Source: Anthoceros angustus
Lineage: Eukaryota; Plantae; Anthocerotophyta
NCBI GenBank assembly: GCA_010909165.1
Contig: MU008150.1
Location: 124,001 to 188,000 of the forward strand
DNA length: 64,000 nt
Direction: 5' to 3'
Shown: positions 21,961-32,584 of the stretch, piece by piece
Layout of the letters: each line of letters begins with the position of its first letter
Position numbering within the stretch: the stretch's first letter is position 1
Position numbers and translations under genes: made by a program
Notes under the pieces: model-generated
The model's input: only the letters and a program-made list of their open reading frames with translations
What the model was told of the DNA's origin: nothing
Databases searched by the model: none

Positions 21961-24901
21961 CACATGTGACATTGGTCCAAATCGAAGGACTTTTCTTCCT
22001 ATTTATAGGCAAGGCGGAAAAGGCAAGTATAGATGCCATGGATAGATGGCGGGAACACATCGGAAAAGGGGAAGTGGTAGGTTGACTAGCGGTCCGTTGT
22101 CCGGACTCAAGCAAGCATGCAGTTAGAAGGTTGGAGCTACGCAAGCTGAAGCGGCGGTGGCAACATCACGGACCATCTGGCAGTGGTGTTGGAAAGCGAA
22201 TAAATGCGGCGGCACTTGAGCGGCCAAAAGCAGTGCGCTGGTGGCAAGTGATGCATTGGGGTGCCAAATGCGGTGAAATCTGAACAGGCGGCTTTCTTGA
22301 TTTGGGCGCAAGTTGGGGCAGCTCTTCACTCGGCAACTCCAAGTGCCACTTTTCAAAGTGGAAGCTCACGAGCATAGGCGTTTTGGGATATGGGCGGCGA
22401 GGTGGAAGACATGGAGCTCGACACACCCATGCCGGGGCAGGAGAGGAGGCGCCTTGGAAGGCATGGCGGTGGGGCATGGGCGCCGGCCGCGGGCGGCGGC
22501 GATGAGAAATGGCGTCGTGGCGGCGGCAATCGCTTCTGCTCGGCGGCAGCGGCGAGCAGCGGCGGTGGCGTCGAGGCGCCGCGGCGCGAGCTTGAAGCAG
22601 GCCCCGGCGACGAGCGAGCATGCGGCGGAGGCTCGGTCGGCGGCTGTGGCGGCGGGGCATCCGATCTGCGCTTGGTGGAAACCCTCCAGCGGCAGGCGTG
22701 CCACCTTGGGCGATCCCAACAAGCGGCGTGGAGTCTTTTGTTTGCGCCCACAAAGCCGTCGCGGATGGGGCTGCGGCCAAACACGGAGGCGGTGAGGCGA
22801 TTGCATGCGGCCGAAGTCTGGGCTGACATGAGGCAGTTGAAGCGACACCAGAAAGCGGTCTGGCAGCTGGGTTACTGCATGCGCCGGCTGATGGAGGATA
22901 ATTTGGCGGTGCGGCCGCCGCTATAGGGAAGGGGTGCTGCGTGTAATGCGGGTGGCTTTGCGCATGCGGCCAATGGGTGCGATCGAGGATGCGGCACGAT
23001 CGCAGCTGCGATGCGACCTTGTACTGACGGACATTATACGGCCTGGCAGCTGGCGAAACAAGGCGCAACCCATGTGGTTGCGCCAAGCGGGCTGCAAACA
23101 GGCGCATGCGGGGACGGAGGACCGGGCATCCCTTGCGCCTCCTTCTCGGGCGTGCCGTGGGGGCGGGCGGAGGAGGTGGGGGCGAAGTGAGGATGGTGGG
23201 GCAAGCGGCTCCGGGGGAAGGAGCCGTCGGGCGCTTGGTGAGTGGAGGAGAAGGAAACCGAGGAGGAGGCGCGGACTGACGAAGGAGGCGTGGGGTTGCG
23301 AGCGAAGGCGAGGCGGCGGCGGACAACAATCGGAAGACTCATGGTAAGTGAAGGCACAATCCGCCGTGGTGTTTGACAATGCTGGTGGGTTCGATTGTCA
23401 TTGCCTCGTAATCTTTGGTTGCAAGTGGTGAACTTTGCCATGCACGGTACTCATATGTCTGCAGTTGGGTTTGCGGTGTGGGCCAGTGGGCAGACCGAGC
23501 CCTGGTCATCTCGGCCAGCAGAACGTTCGCATCCGGTACTCTGACGTGGGCGTCGTCGGAAGATCGAGCGGAGGCTGGCGGGCTGAGGCGGAGGGCGGCA
23601 AAGGCGAGAGGCTGCTCATCGTTGAGCTCGAGGCGGCGGCGTCACCGGAAGAGGAAGAGGTGCGGCCGAGCAGGCGGACCTAGCGGTGGGCGCCGTGGGG
23701 GCGCCAAGATGCAAGGCGGAGTGCGGGCGAACCCGGTGCTTGCCGAGGCGTGAATGGGGCCAGCCGGTGGGAGGGGCCCGCCCGCAACAAGGTGGGGCAT
23801 CCGGCTCAATGGAGCTCCGAGTATGGTAACAGCAGCGAAGTCAATGCGATTGCAATCCGCCGCCATGACGCGCCTCCTTCTTGAAGTGGTGGAGAAGGTG
23901 CGCAACGGTCCACTTGCACACATGGAGGAGTGATGGGCGGGACTCCGGCCCGGGCCGACAACGCGGCCCGATGGGAAATGCCGCTGCGCTGGTTCATGAA
24001 ATGGACGTGGCGCATCCTCCATGCCATCGGGCCAATGTGCAAGTCGCGGTTGTGGTGGTGGACCTCCCTCTCGACAGCGCCACCCGCCTTCCGGTTTCGG
24101 GGTCCCCCCCATTGGTGCGGGGATGAACCACCTCCCCAACCTCACCGAGACGGTGGTGCACTGGCCGCCATGCTGTCGGGTGCACCTCCCATGTCCGGAG
24201 GGACATTCGGCCCCTCCACGGCCCAGGCGGCCACTGACGAATGCGGAGGAGGAGCCAAGTTCGGAGCACAAGAGGATGGAGGACTGCTCACGAGGCTTCT
24301 TCGCGGCCTGGCGTAGGAGGTGTTTTTGTTGTAGCGCTCCACCATGAGGTGTGGCGCTTGACTCGGATGTTTTTGGTTGAAGCAGCAGGCGATTCGCAGT
24401 GTCTCGTAGGGGCGGAAGTGGATTTGTAGGACGATGACATTGCCCTGTTTGATGAGGTTGAGGAGGGATAGTGTGAAGCATGTTCGGATCTCATGCCTGC
24501 ATTGCAATGGTTTCCTTCACGCGTGTTCGGTTTGAAAGGTGAAGTTCATCATCTTACAGCTGTCCATACATCCGCAAGCACAACACAAGCATGTTAGCCG
24601 CCTCCCACATCCTTCCCGCATATATAGTGAAAGCGCTGTGTAAGCGGAGGATTTGCGCTGACGCCACAACAAAAGTTCCCATGTGTGTATGTTTGTGTGT
24701 TGAAAAAAACCCTAACAATCAAAAAAAACATGTATGACACCATGAACGGAGGAACGTGTGATAGAATGTTTTTTCCCCGCGTACGAACCCCGTGAAGCTG
24801 ATGTGGCACGTATTATACGTGTATTATACGTGAGTATCGAAAAGATTCCGTGGCATATCCTCGTAGCGTACACCGAAAAGAAAGAAAGTCACACACACAC
24901 T

Positions 24902-24928
24902 CCCGTGTGACGAGATCGGTATTCCATA
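24902..24928 (-). repeat. Right terminal inverted repeat (27 bp), followed by TSD TAAGAT
   Basis: cccgtgtgacgagatcggtattccata|taagat. Confidence 0.95.
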
Positions 24929-25119
24929 TAAGATAAGAGCGAGGATGAAGACCTAATAATCTTTGATATGCTCTGTTGGTATAATATTGTTCGTACCTAT
25001 GTGTGTAGATATTTGTTGGATAAGCACTCCATTCCCTGTTGCAACTTGCAGAGAGGAAGGTTCGGAAACGGGTCGTGGCATCGGTGAAGGCGCCCCAGTT
25101 TGAGGTGCAAGCGCGTGGG

Positions 25120-25899
25120 ATGAGGCATCGACTCCTGAGATCTGATGTGAGCGGAGATGCAGGCGGATGGAGTGACGGTGGCGTCGCCTCGCTCTCGCCG
25201 GTGGCAACCGCTGCTGGAGATGGTGGTGGCGCCAAGGCGAAGAAAGGCAAAGGCAAGGGGAAGAACGAGGGCCAAGGAGCACCTAAATCTAGACCCAGGC
25301 CTCGAAAACCTAAAGCTGCAGAAAGCGTCGGAAATGAGGCTACCGAGGAGGATGCTGCTGCGGAAGATGGCTCTGCACACGTCGGTGCCAGGAAGGAGGG
25401 TGGTGGCAAGGCCAGGTCCCAGGCCAAGCCTCGCAAGCGCAAGCTGGCCCCGGCGGAGGCTGTGGCAGTGGATGCTGATGCTGAGGATCTTAAACTGCAT
25501 CCGAAGCAGGCGGCTCGCATGAAGAAATCGGGCGCGCCAGGCAGAGCCAGGAGCAAGGTCAAGAAGGTGGACGCGCCCGCCAGGGAGCGGGAGCGGGGGC
25601 GGCAGCGGGGGTCCGACACCGACTCTGACCTGGAGTTGCGCTCGGACGCGGAGACGGAGACCGACGCCGAGGTGCTGAGCAGGGACGGGGTCAAGTGCCG
25701 CAAGCTGGAGAGGGACTTGCGGCTGCTGGAGGAGCAGAGCGTGGACATCTCCCGGGAGTTGGAGGAGACGGAGGATCTGGTGAAGGAGTTGCAGAAGGAG
25801 AAGGTTGCGCTCCTGGATGAGCTCCTCATTCTGGAAGGCCTGGCGGTCAATCCCTACCCTCCCTTCAGGCCAAAAGAAAGTGCGCAGAAGCGCAGGTGA
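25120..25899 (+). CDS. Lys-rich nuclear-type protein with a conserved plant C-terminal coiled coil (possibly INO80E-like)
   Basis: Open frame. C-terminus KCRKLERDLRLLEEQSVDISRELEETEDLVKELQKEKVALLDELLILEGL resembles a conserved plant coiled-coil motif. Splice acceptor ttgcag at 25046-25051 lies upstream of the ATG. Confidence 0.7.
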   Translation: MRHRLLRSDVSGDAGGWSDGGVASLSPVATAAGDGGGAKAKKGKGKGKNEGQGAPKSRPRPRKPKAAESVGNEATEEDAAAEDGSAHVGARKEGGGKARSQAKPRKRKLAPAEAVAVDADAEDLKLHPKQAARMKKSGAPGRARSKVKKVDAPARERERGRQRGSDTDSDLELRSDAETETDAEVLSRDGVKCRKLERDLRLLEEQSVDISRELEETEDLVKELQKEKVALLDELLILEGLAVNPYPPFRPKESAQKRR

Positions 25900-27017
25900 C
25901 TTTCCGTCGCCAATCAGCGCTGTGAACGCTCGCTCCTTTGGTCTGGCTTCAACTTCAAAGCCTCAGTTGCGGGTGAGTATAGCTGGCAGAATTGTAAGCG
26001 CAAGATATCCTTGTTGTCTGCAGCATCTGGGCAACTTACTCTTCGACTCTGCCTGCTCTCTCACAGACAACGCCGTGGCGCCTCCAGATTGTAGTCTCAG
26101 CCTTCTGCCGCTCCTGTGTGTGAGAGACCATGCCCTGTTTTTGAAAGGTGAGCATCAAGGTGTCTTGCATACGCCCATGGTCTCTCTTTCTTGGTGGATT
26201 GAACTTGCATCCGTTGCTAACTAACTAACTGGGGCATTTTTTTTCAGGTACATATTTGTGGCGTTTAGGGAGGAAATTTGGGAAAGGGCTTCGTATCTTT
26301 TTCAGTCCGTGCAAGGAAGTTACATACGTGTAATGGAAGCATGTGATTTGAGTCTGGGTGGAAACGTCTCATCAGAGGCAAAACTGTTTGGGCACATTGA
26401 TGCCAGGCGAATGTATAAATATCTACAAACAATGTTGTGATGCTTGCCTAGCAGAGGACAAACCGTTTGGGCACGTTGATGCCATGCCAATCTATACAAA
26501 TGTTGTGATGCCTACTCTATCTTACACAAGCCAGGATTCGGAATATGTCCAGGACCAAGTATGTACGCACAGTCAGTCCTGTTGCAATGGAAAGCAGAGC
26601 TATGCATACTTGGAGGCGGCGGCTCGGGCACCACCTAACACCGCCGAGGAACGTGTGATAGAATGTTTTTCCCCCAGAAACCTGCGTGAAGCTGATGTGG
26701 CACGTATTATACGTGTATTATACGTGAGTATCGAAAAGATTCCGTGGCATATCCTCGTAGCGTACACCGAAAAGAAAGAAAGTCACACACAGACTCCCGT
26801 GTGACGAGATCGGTATTCCATATAAGATAAGAGCGAGGATGAAGACCTAATAATCTTTGATATGCTCTGTTGGTATAATATTGTTCGTACCTATGTGTGT
26901 AGATATTTGTTGGATAAGCACTCCATTCCCCTGTTGCAACTTGCAGAGAGGAAGGTTCGGAAACGGGTCGTGGCATCGGTGAAGGCGCCCCCGGAGTTTG
27001 AGGTGCAAGCGCGTGGG

Positions 27018-27792
27018 ATGAGGCATCGACTCCTGAGATCTGATGTGAGCGGAGATGCAGGCGGATGGAGTGACGGTGGCGTCGCCCTCGCTCTCGCCGG
27101 TGGCAACCGCTGCTGGAGATGGTGGTGGCGCCAAGGCGAAGAAAGGCAAAGGCAAGGGGAAGAACGAGGGCCAAGGAGCACCTAAATCTAGACCCAGGCC
27201 TCGAAAACCTAAAGCTGCAGAAAGCGTCGGAAATGAGGCTACCGAGGAGGATGCTGCTGCGGAAGATGGCTCTGCACACGTCGGTGCCAGGAAGGAGGGT
27301 GGTGGCAAGGCCAGGTCCCAGGCCAAGCCTCGCAAGCGCAAGCTGGCCCCGGCGGAGGCTGTGGCAGTGGATGCTGATGCTGAGGATCTTAAACTGCATC
27401 CGAAGCAGGCGGCTCGCATGAAGAAATCGGGCGCGCCAGGCAGAGCCAGGAGCAAGGTCAAGAAGGTGGACGCGCCCGCCAGGGAGCGGGAGCGGGGCGG
27501 CAGCGGGGTCCGACACCGACTCTGACCTGAGTTGCGCTCGGACGCGGAGACGGAGACCGACGCCGAGGTGCTGAGCAGGGACGGGTCAAGTGCCGCAAGC
27601 TGGAGAGGGACTTGCGGCTGCTGGAGGAGCAGAGCGTGGACATCTCCCGGGAGTTGGAGGAGACGGAGGATCTGGTGAAGGAGTTGCAGAAGGAGAAGGT
27701 TGCGCTCCTGGATGAGCTCCTCATTCTGGAAGGCCTGGCGGTCAATCCTACCCTCCCTTCAGGCCAAAGAAAGTGCGCAGAAGCGCAGGTGA
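27018..27792 (+). pseudogene. Second, frameshifted copy of the coiled-coil gene
   Basis: Same sequence as 25120-25899 with several single-base indels. Confidence 0.6.
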
Positions 27793-28493
27793 CTTTCCGT
27801 CGCCAATCAGCGCTGTGAACGCTCGCTCCTTTGGTCTGGCTTCAACTTCAAAGCCTCAGTTGCGGGTGAGTATAGCTGGCAGAATTGTAAGCGCAAGATA
27901 TCCTTGTTGTCTGCAGCATCTGGGCAACTTACTCTTCGACTCTGCCTGCTCTCTCACAGATAACGCCGTGGCGCCTCCAGATTGTAGTCTCAGCCTTCTG
28001 CCGCTCCTGTGTGTGAGAGACCATGCCCTGTTTTTGAAAGGTGAGCATCAAGGTGTCTTGCATACGCCCATGGTCTCTCTTTCTTGGTGGATTGAACTTG
28101 CATCCGTTGCTAACTAACTAACTGGGGCATTTTTTTTTCAGGTACATATTTGTGGCGTTTAGGGAGGAAATTTGGGAAAGGGCTTCGTATCTTTTTCAGT
28201 CCGTGCAAGGAAGTTACATACGTGTAATGGAAGCATGTGATTTGAGTCTGGGTGGAAACGTCTCATCAGAGGCAAAACTGTTTGGGCACATTGATGCCAG
28301 GCGAATGTATAAATATCTACAAACAATGTTGTGATGCTTGCCTAGCAGAGGACAAACCGTTTGGGCACGTTGATGCCATGCCAATCTATACAAATGTTGT
28401 GATGCCTACTCTATCTTACACAAGCCAGGATTCGGAATATGTCCAGGACCAAGTATGTACGCACAGTCAGTCCTGTTGCAATGGAAAGCAGAG

Positions 28494-29704
28494 CTATGCA
28501 TACTTGGAGGCGGCGGCTCGGGCACGGTGGGCCTTGGAGTCTTGCAGGACGACGACGGCAGCATAGAGCAGGAGGAGGGAGGTGACGCTCCAGAAGATGG
28601 CCGGGGCGACCACATTGTTGACGAACATGCTGCAGAGGATGGCCCAGCCCATCATGATGGTGCCCCAGGCGGAGCCGGTGAACCAGATGGCGTCCCGGGT
28701 GAAGAGCGCGCGGGGGACCATGAGCCCGTTGCCGACCATGCCCAGGAGGGTGGTGAGCAGGGAGATCCCGGCGAGGCTGGCGGGGTTGGTGAGGCAGGCC
28801 CAGAGCTGCGCCAGAGGCATGAACATGAAGAGCAGGGTGGCGGTCCAGGCGGACAGCCCCGCCCACAGCCCACGCAGCCGCTCGGGAAGTTTCCCGGCCC
28901 GGGTGAGGAGGATGAAGGAGAGCCCGGCCAGGGCGGCTGCCGCGCCCGGGCGCTGCTCTTCTTGGCGGAGAAGGTGGAGAAGACCACCTGCGGGAGCACG
29001 GTGACTCCCACCAGCCCCGCCGCGTCCTGCCACACCCCCCATACGCCCGGGGAGAGCGCGTTCCTGAAGTTGAGCAGGTTGAGGAGCAGGCCCAGCGCCA
29101 CCACCGCCGTGGTGAAGAAGAATGCCGGGGGCGGCATGAAGCCCGCCAGAAAGATCTGCGACAGCAGCACGTAGGTGGAGATGACGCCCACTGTCTGCAC
29201 CAGCGTCGCCCCCCGCTCCTTCTTGGCCGCGAAGTAGGAGAGCAGCAGCAGGTTGCCCAGCAGCCCCGTGGAGTAGCCCATCCATGGCAGGATCCCGATC
29301 GGGGCGGGGTTCCCGGCCAGCAGGTTCCTGCCGTTCTTCACGATCTGCGGGGTCATGAGCAGCAGGAAGGCCACTGTGGACGCCTCCGTCAGCTTCTCTG
29401 TGATGCCATCCCACTGCTTGTACGCGGCCGGGGTCGGGGCCTCAGCCCGAGCCTGCCCCCCTTGCGCCTGAGCGCTGCGCCTGGCCTTGGGCAGGGGAGC
29501 CCAGATTCCCACACCGGGCCCCCCCGCTCTGCGCAAGGGCGCGGCGGGGAAGAGCTTCCCTGCAGTTCCGCTCTTGCCAATGCTACTGCCATCCCAACAC
29601 TCCTGGAGTCGCGCTGATCTGGAAGCAGGTGGGAATGCGGCGCGCACAACAGGCAAAGGCACGGCCTTGGCGGGACTCTGCCAAGGGCATACAACGGAAG
29701 ACAT
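28494..29704 (-). CDS. MEX1: Maltose excess protein 1 (plastid maltose transporter), intronless, one apparent frameshift near 28950
   Basis: Transit-peptide-like N-terminus; WDGITEKL..FLLLMTPQIVKN..PWMGYSTGLLGNLLLLSYF..KKE in one frame; WTATLLFMFMP..GNGLMVPRALFTRDAIWFTGSAW in the next frame. Confidence 0.92.
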
Positions 29705-30247
29705 GATGGCTGCTGCTGCTTCTGGCGGGCTTTGTCCGAGACCCCAAACTTGTGCTTTAGTATTTATATTTCAGGGCGAGGCGGGGCGAAGCGGGTCGAG
29801 GCCAGGCTCAAATATCTATGGCTCCAATCCCGGCAAGGCTGAGTCACCCGGCCTCTGCCGCATGTGCTGATCCAGTGCGGGGCAAGGCAAACCGCAATCG
29901 GCGCTGCAGGAGGTGGAAGACTTTGCGCAGCAGCGCACCTGGGTGTCGAATATGGGAGGCGAGAGGAGGAGACTCTCGCGCTGGACAGAGCAGTGCAATC
30001 CAGTCGGGCTGTTTGAGCTGGCTGGATAGGTACATATCCCTGATGCTTGTCAATCTGCCTGCGAGATCAGAACCGTTAAAGTCAAGCACTTATCAAATAG
30101 ATGACGTAACGAGACAACGTAACGATGCCATGAGAACTGCCATTTCTGTACCTGAGACGACAGGAGGTAGAAAGGTCTGGTTGCACAAAATTGCTTCTGC
30201 GGAAAGCAGCAGTTGCTCGGAGAGTGAGAATGATGACCACCATTACG

Positions 30248-32260
30248 TCACGGTGCTTCACTATGGCTTGCATGCTCAGTTTGTTTCATGCCTTCGGGCC
30301 TAGGCAGCACCCCACCCAGAGATGTGTACGTGACATAATTTGGAACAAACCCATTCACTTTCATTTCTTCCAACAACTCCATGGCCTGATCTGTCTGACC
30401 TGCCTTTGCAAGCACGTTGATGAGACAGTTGTAAGTGATCAGGGTGGGAGGCAGTCTCTTCTCCTTCATGTCCTGGAAAAGCATGGCGGCCTGGTCTATG
30501 TTGCCAGCTTTCCCTAGGCCATCTATGAGGGTGTTGTACGTGATCTGACTGGGGGTCTCACCGCTCGCCTTCAGCTCTTCGAACAGGGAGCAAGCATCGT
30601 CGATTCTTCCCCGGTGGGCGAGCCCTTTCAGCAGTATGTTGTAGCTGCTGACGGAAGGAGCTATTCCCCCGGATTTCATCTCCTCGAACAGATTCAAAGC
30701 AGCCTCCACTTGTCCAGCCTTCACCAGGCTGTGCATCACAGTGTTGCAAGTCACGACGCTAGGGGAAAATCCCACATTTTTCATCTGATTGAAAACTTGG
30801 AGTGCTTTCTTGGCTAGTCCCCCTTTCTGAAGTGCCAAGATGAGCACGCTGTAGGTAACCAGATCAGGACTGTAGCCCTTTTCCTTCAGCTCCTCATAAA
30901 GCTTGCGGGCCTCACTTATCCTGCCAGCCTTCACTAACCCGTCCATCAGTGTGGTGTACGTGTACGCATCTGCACCTGCCCCACTTTCCTGCATCTCTTC
31001 GAAAAGTCTGTAAGCCTGTTCCATCTGGTGGGTCTTAACCAGCCCATGTAGATATCCGTTGTACGTGTGTAGGTTAGGGGCCAGACCTTTGCTCTTCATC
31101 TCATCGAACACTACATGGGCTTCTTGCAATGCACCAGCCTTAGCAAAGCCAGCTACCAGGATTGAATATGTGACGACATCAGGGCTACGACCTTTGGCTT
31201 TCATCTCCTCAAAAAGCTTGGAGGCTGCTTCTATTTGCCGAGCCTTCAAAGTCTGCCAAAGTATCATGCTGTAGGTTACCACGTCTGGGACATACCCTCT
31301 TTGCTTCAGAAACTCAAACACCTTCACCGACTCGAGGAGATCTCCCTCCTTACAGAACACATCGATCAGGATGCATGCTGTGAAGATGTCTGGGTGGCAA
31401 CCAGCCTCACCCATCTCCTGATACACCCTCCTGACGCTATCATAATCTCCACCCCTGTAAAGCAGGTCCACAAGACAACAATAAATAAATTCTGTCGCCA
31501 GACAGTCATCCCTGGCCATCCGCCGAAACGCCAAAAGTGCAGCTCTGAGATGTACAGGCGTGGCACAATCTCTCAAGACAGTAGAGAAAGCCTTGGTGTC
31601 CAAACAGAACCCATTGTTCTTCATCTCGACCACCAAGTCCCATACTCTCCCGAAATCCAAAGCTCGAGCCAGAACTGAGATCAACGAATAATAGGTCCGT
31701 CTAGAGTGCTGGTAGCCCTTCTGTTTCCCAGCCCACCTGAAAAAATTGTATGCTACATCCGAGTCTGTTACTCTCTTCAAGATGACAACAACTTCCTTAG
31801 CCAGAAATTTGAGCTGCAGCTTCTTGAGGGCTTCCTCAGCAGCTGGCCCCCACTGCTGCTTCAGTATGTCAAATGCCTGACTCACTGCCCAGCCAGGCAA
31901 ATGCTGCTGACTCTGGCAGAGAGCAGAATGGTTTGGCTCCGAACCCTGTGCTTTCTGGCTAAGTTCTTCCTTCCTCCCTGGTCTTCCAGAGACATCACAT
32001 AAGTACCTGTGGCCAACCAGGAAATACCGGGCTCCCAAAGCATCTTCCAGCCCCGTTACACGGATCCCTTGCTTCCAAGACAGCACAAGCCTTCGACAGA
32101 AAGAGAAGTGCAAATCCTCCGAGGCCTCACAGTGGCTTCCGCCTCCTCTTCCTCCAGACCCAGCTCCCAATCTCCGGTGCCTGGACCAGAAGCCTTGATG
32201 TGCCAGACGACGGCGCTCCTGCAGCTGCATCGACCACCACCCATAAGCCTGCTTCCACAT
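30248..32260 (-). CDS. P-class pentatricopeptide repeat protein (670 aa)
   Basis: AYNFFRWAGKQKGY followed by many tandem 35-aa repeats (PDVVTYSIL..G.AKAG...EA..VFDEMKSKG). Confidence 0.95.
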   Translation of the reverse strand: MWKQAYGWWSMQLQERRRLAHQGFWSRHRRLGAGSGGRGGGSHCEASEDLHFSFCRRLVLSWKQGIRVTGLEDALGARYFLVGHRYLCDVSGRPGRKEELSQKAQGSEPNHSALCQSQQHLPGWAVSQAFDILKQQWGPAAEEALKKLQLKFLAKEVVVILKRVTDSDVAYNFFRWAGKQKGYQHSRRTYYSLISVLARALDFGRVWDLVVEMKNNGFCLDTKAFSTVLRDCATPVHLRAALLAFRRMARDDCLATEFIYCCLVDLLYRGGDYDSVRRVYQEMGEAGCHPDIFTACILIDVFCKEGDLLESVKVFEFLKQRGYVPDVVTYSMILWQTLKARQIEAASKLFEEMKAKGRSPDVVTYSILVAGFAKAGALQEAHVVFDEMKSKGLAPNLHTYNGYLHGLVKTHQMEQAYRLFEEMQESGAGADAYTYTTLMDGLVKAGRISEARKLYEELKEKGYSPDLVTYSVLILALQKGGLAKKALQVFNQMKNVGFSPSVVTCNTVMHSLVKAGQVEAALNLFEEMKSGGIAPSVSSYNILLKGLAHRGRIDDACSLFEELKASGETPSQITYNTLIDGLGKAGNIDQAAMLFQDMKEKRLPPTLITYNCLINVLAKAGQTDQAMELLEEMKVNGFVPNYVTYTSLGGVLPRPEGMKQTEHASHSEAP

Positions 32261-32584
32261 GATTGGAGTGCTTTCCGAGCCAAGGAGTCATCAGTCTTGC
32301 CATCACCCGACCACCCACCTGCAGCGGGGAAATTTGGACGGCATAGAGGTAGCAGTGCAGTGTGACGGTGTTTCGGTAGCAGAGTAGACAGTCGAGCCAC
32401 TGCGAGGGGCCCTTAGCCGCCGCCATCACCGATTCCGACCGAGGCTGGTTCCATGGAAGGTCAAGGCAGCACCACCCGATTAACGGAAGCGAAGCTGCTG
32501 GGACGGAAATGTCATGTTCGAGATTCCAGCTTTGGGTTGTTAGTGAAATTATATTTGGGTTGATTTCTTTTCCGGAGACTGGCG

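Larger units (their letters stand above)
7639..24928. mobile_element. Giant (17,290 bp) IS3EU-like TIR DNA transposon
   Basis: Left TIR 7639-7665 tatggaataccgatctcgtcacacggg is the exact reverse complement of 24902-24928. Direct repeat TAAGAT flanks both ends (7633-7638, 24929-24934). TAY..RTA termini and a 6-bp TSD match the IS3EU superfamily. Internal integrase-core transposase remnant. Interior is GC/CpG-rich against AT-rich flanks. Confidence 0.88.
24749..28525 (+). repeat. Near-identical ~1.88 kb tandem duplication (24749-26631 / 26646-28525)
   Basis: Both copies contain the right TIR+TSD (second at 26796-26828), the coiled-coil gene and the last codons of MEX1. They differ mainly by 1-2 bp indels. 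Confidence 0.92.

Noticed and set aside
22166-23329. Long Pro/Arg-rich ORFs such as the 387-aa minus ORF (also 24813-25850, 33617-34777, 35039-36004)
   Set aside because: Shadow frames of GC-rich sequence or antisense to real genes.
7639-24928. Polinton/Maverick (similar size, 6-bp TSD)
   Set aside because: TIRs are only 27 bp and start TAT rather than AG; no recognisable protein-primed PolB, packaging ATPase or capsid motifs.
28940-28960. Programmed frameshifting or true pseudogenisation of MEX1
   Set aside because: A single-base shift in a GC run with both halves conserved; similar indels occur across the window, so sequence error is most likely.
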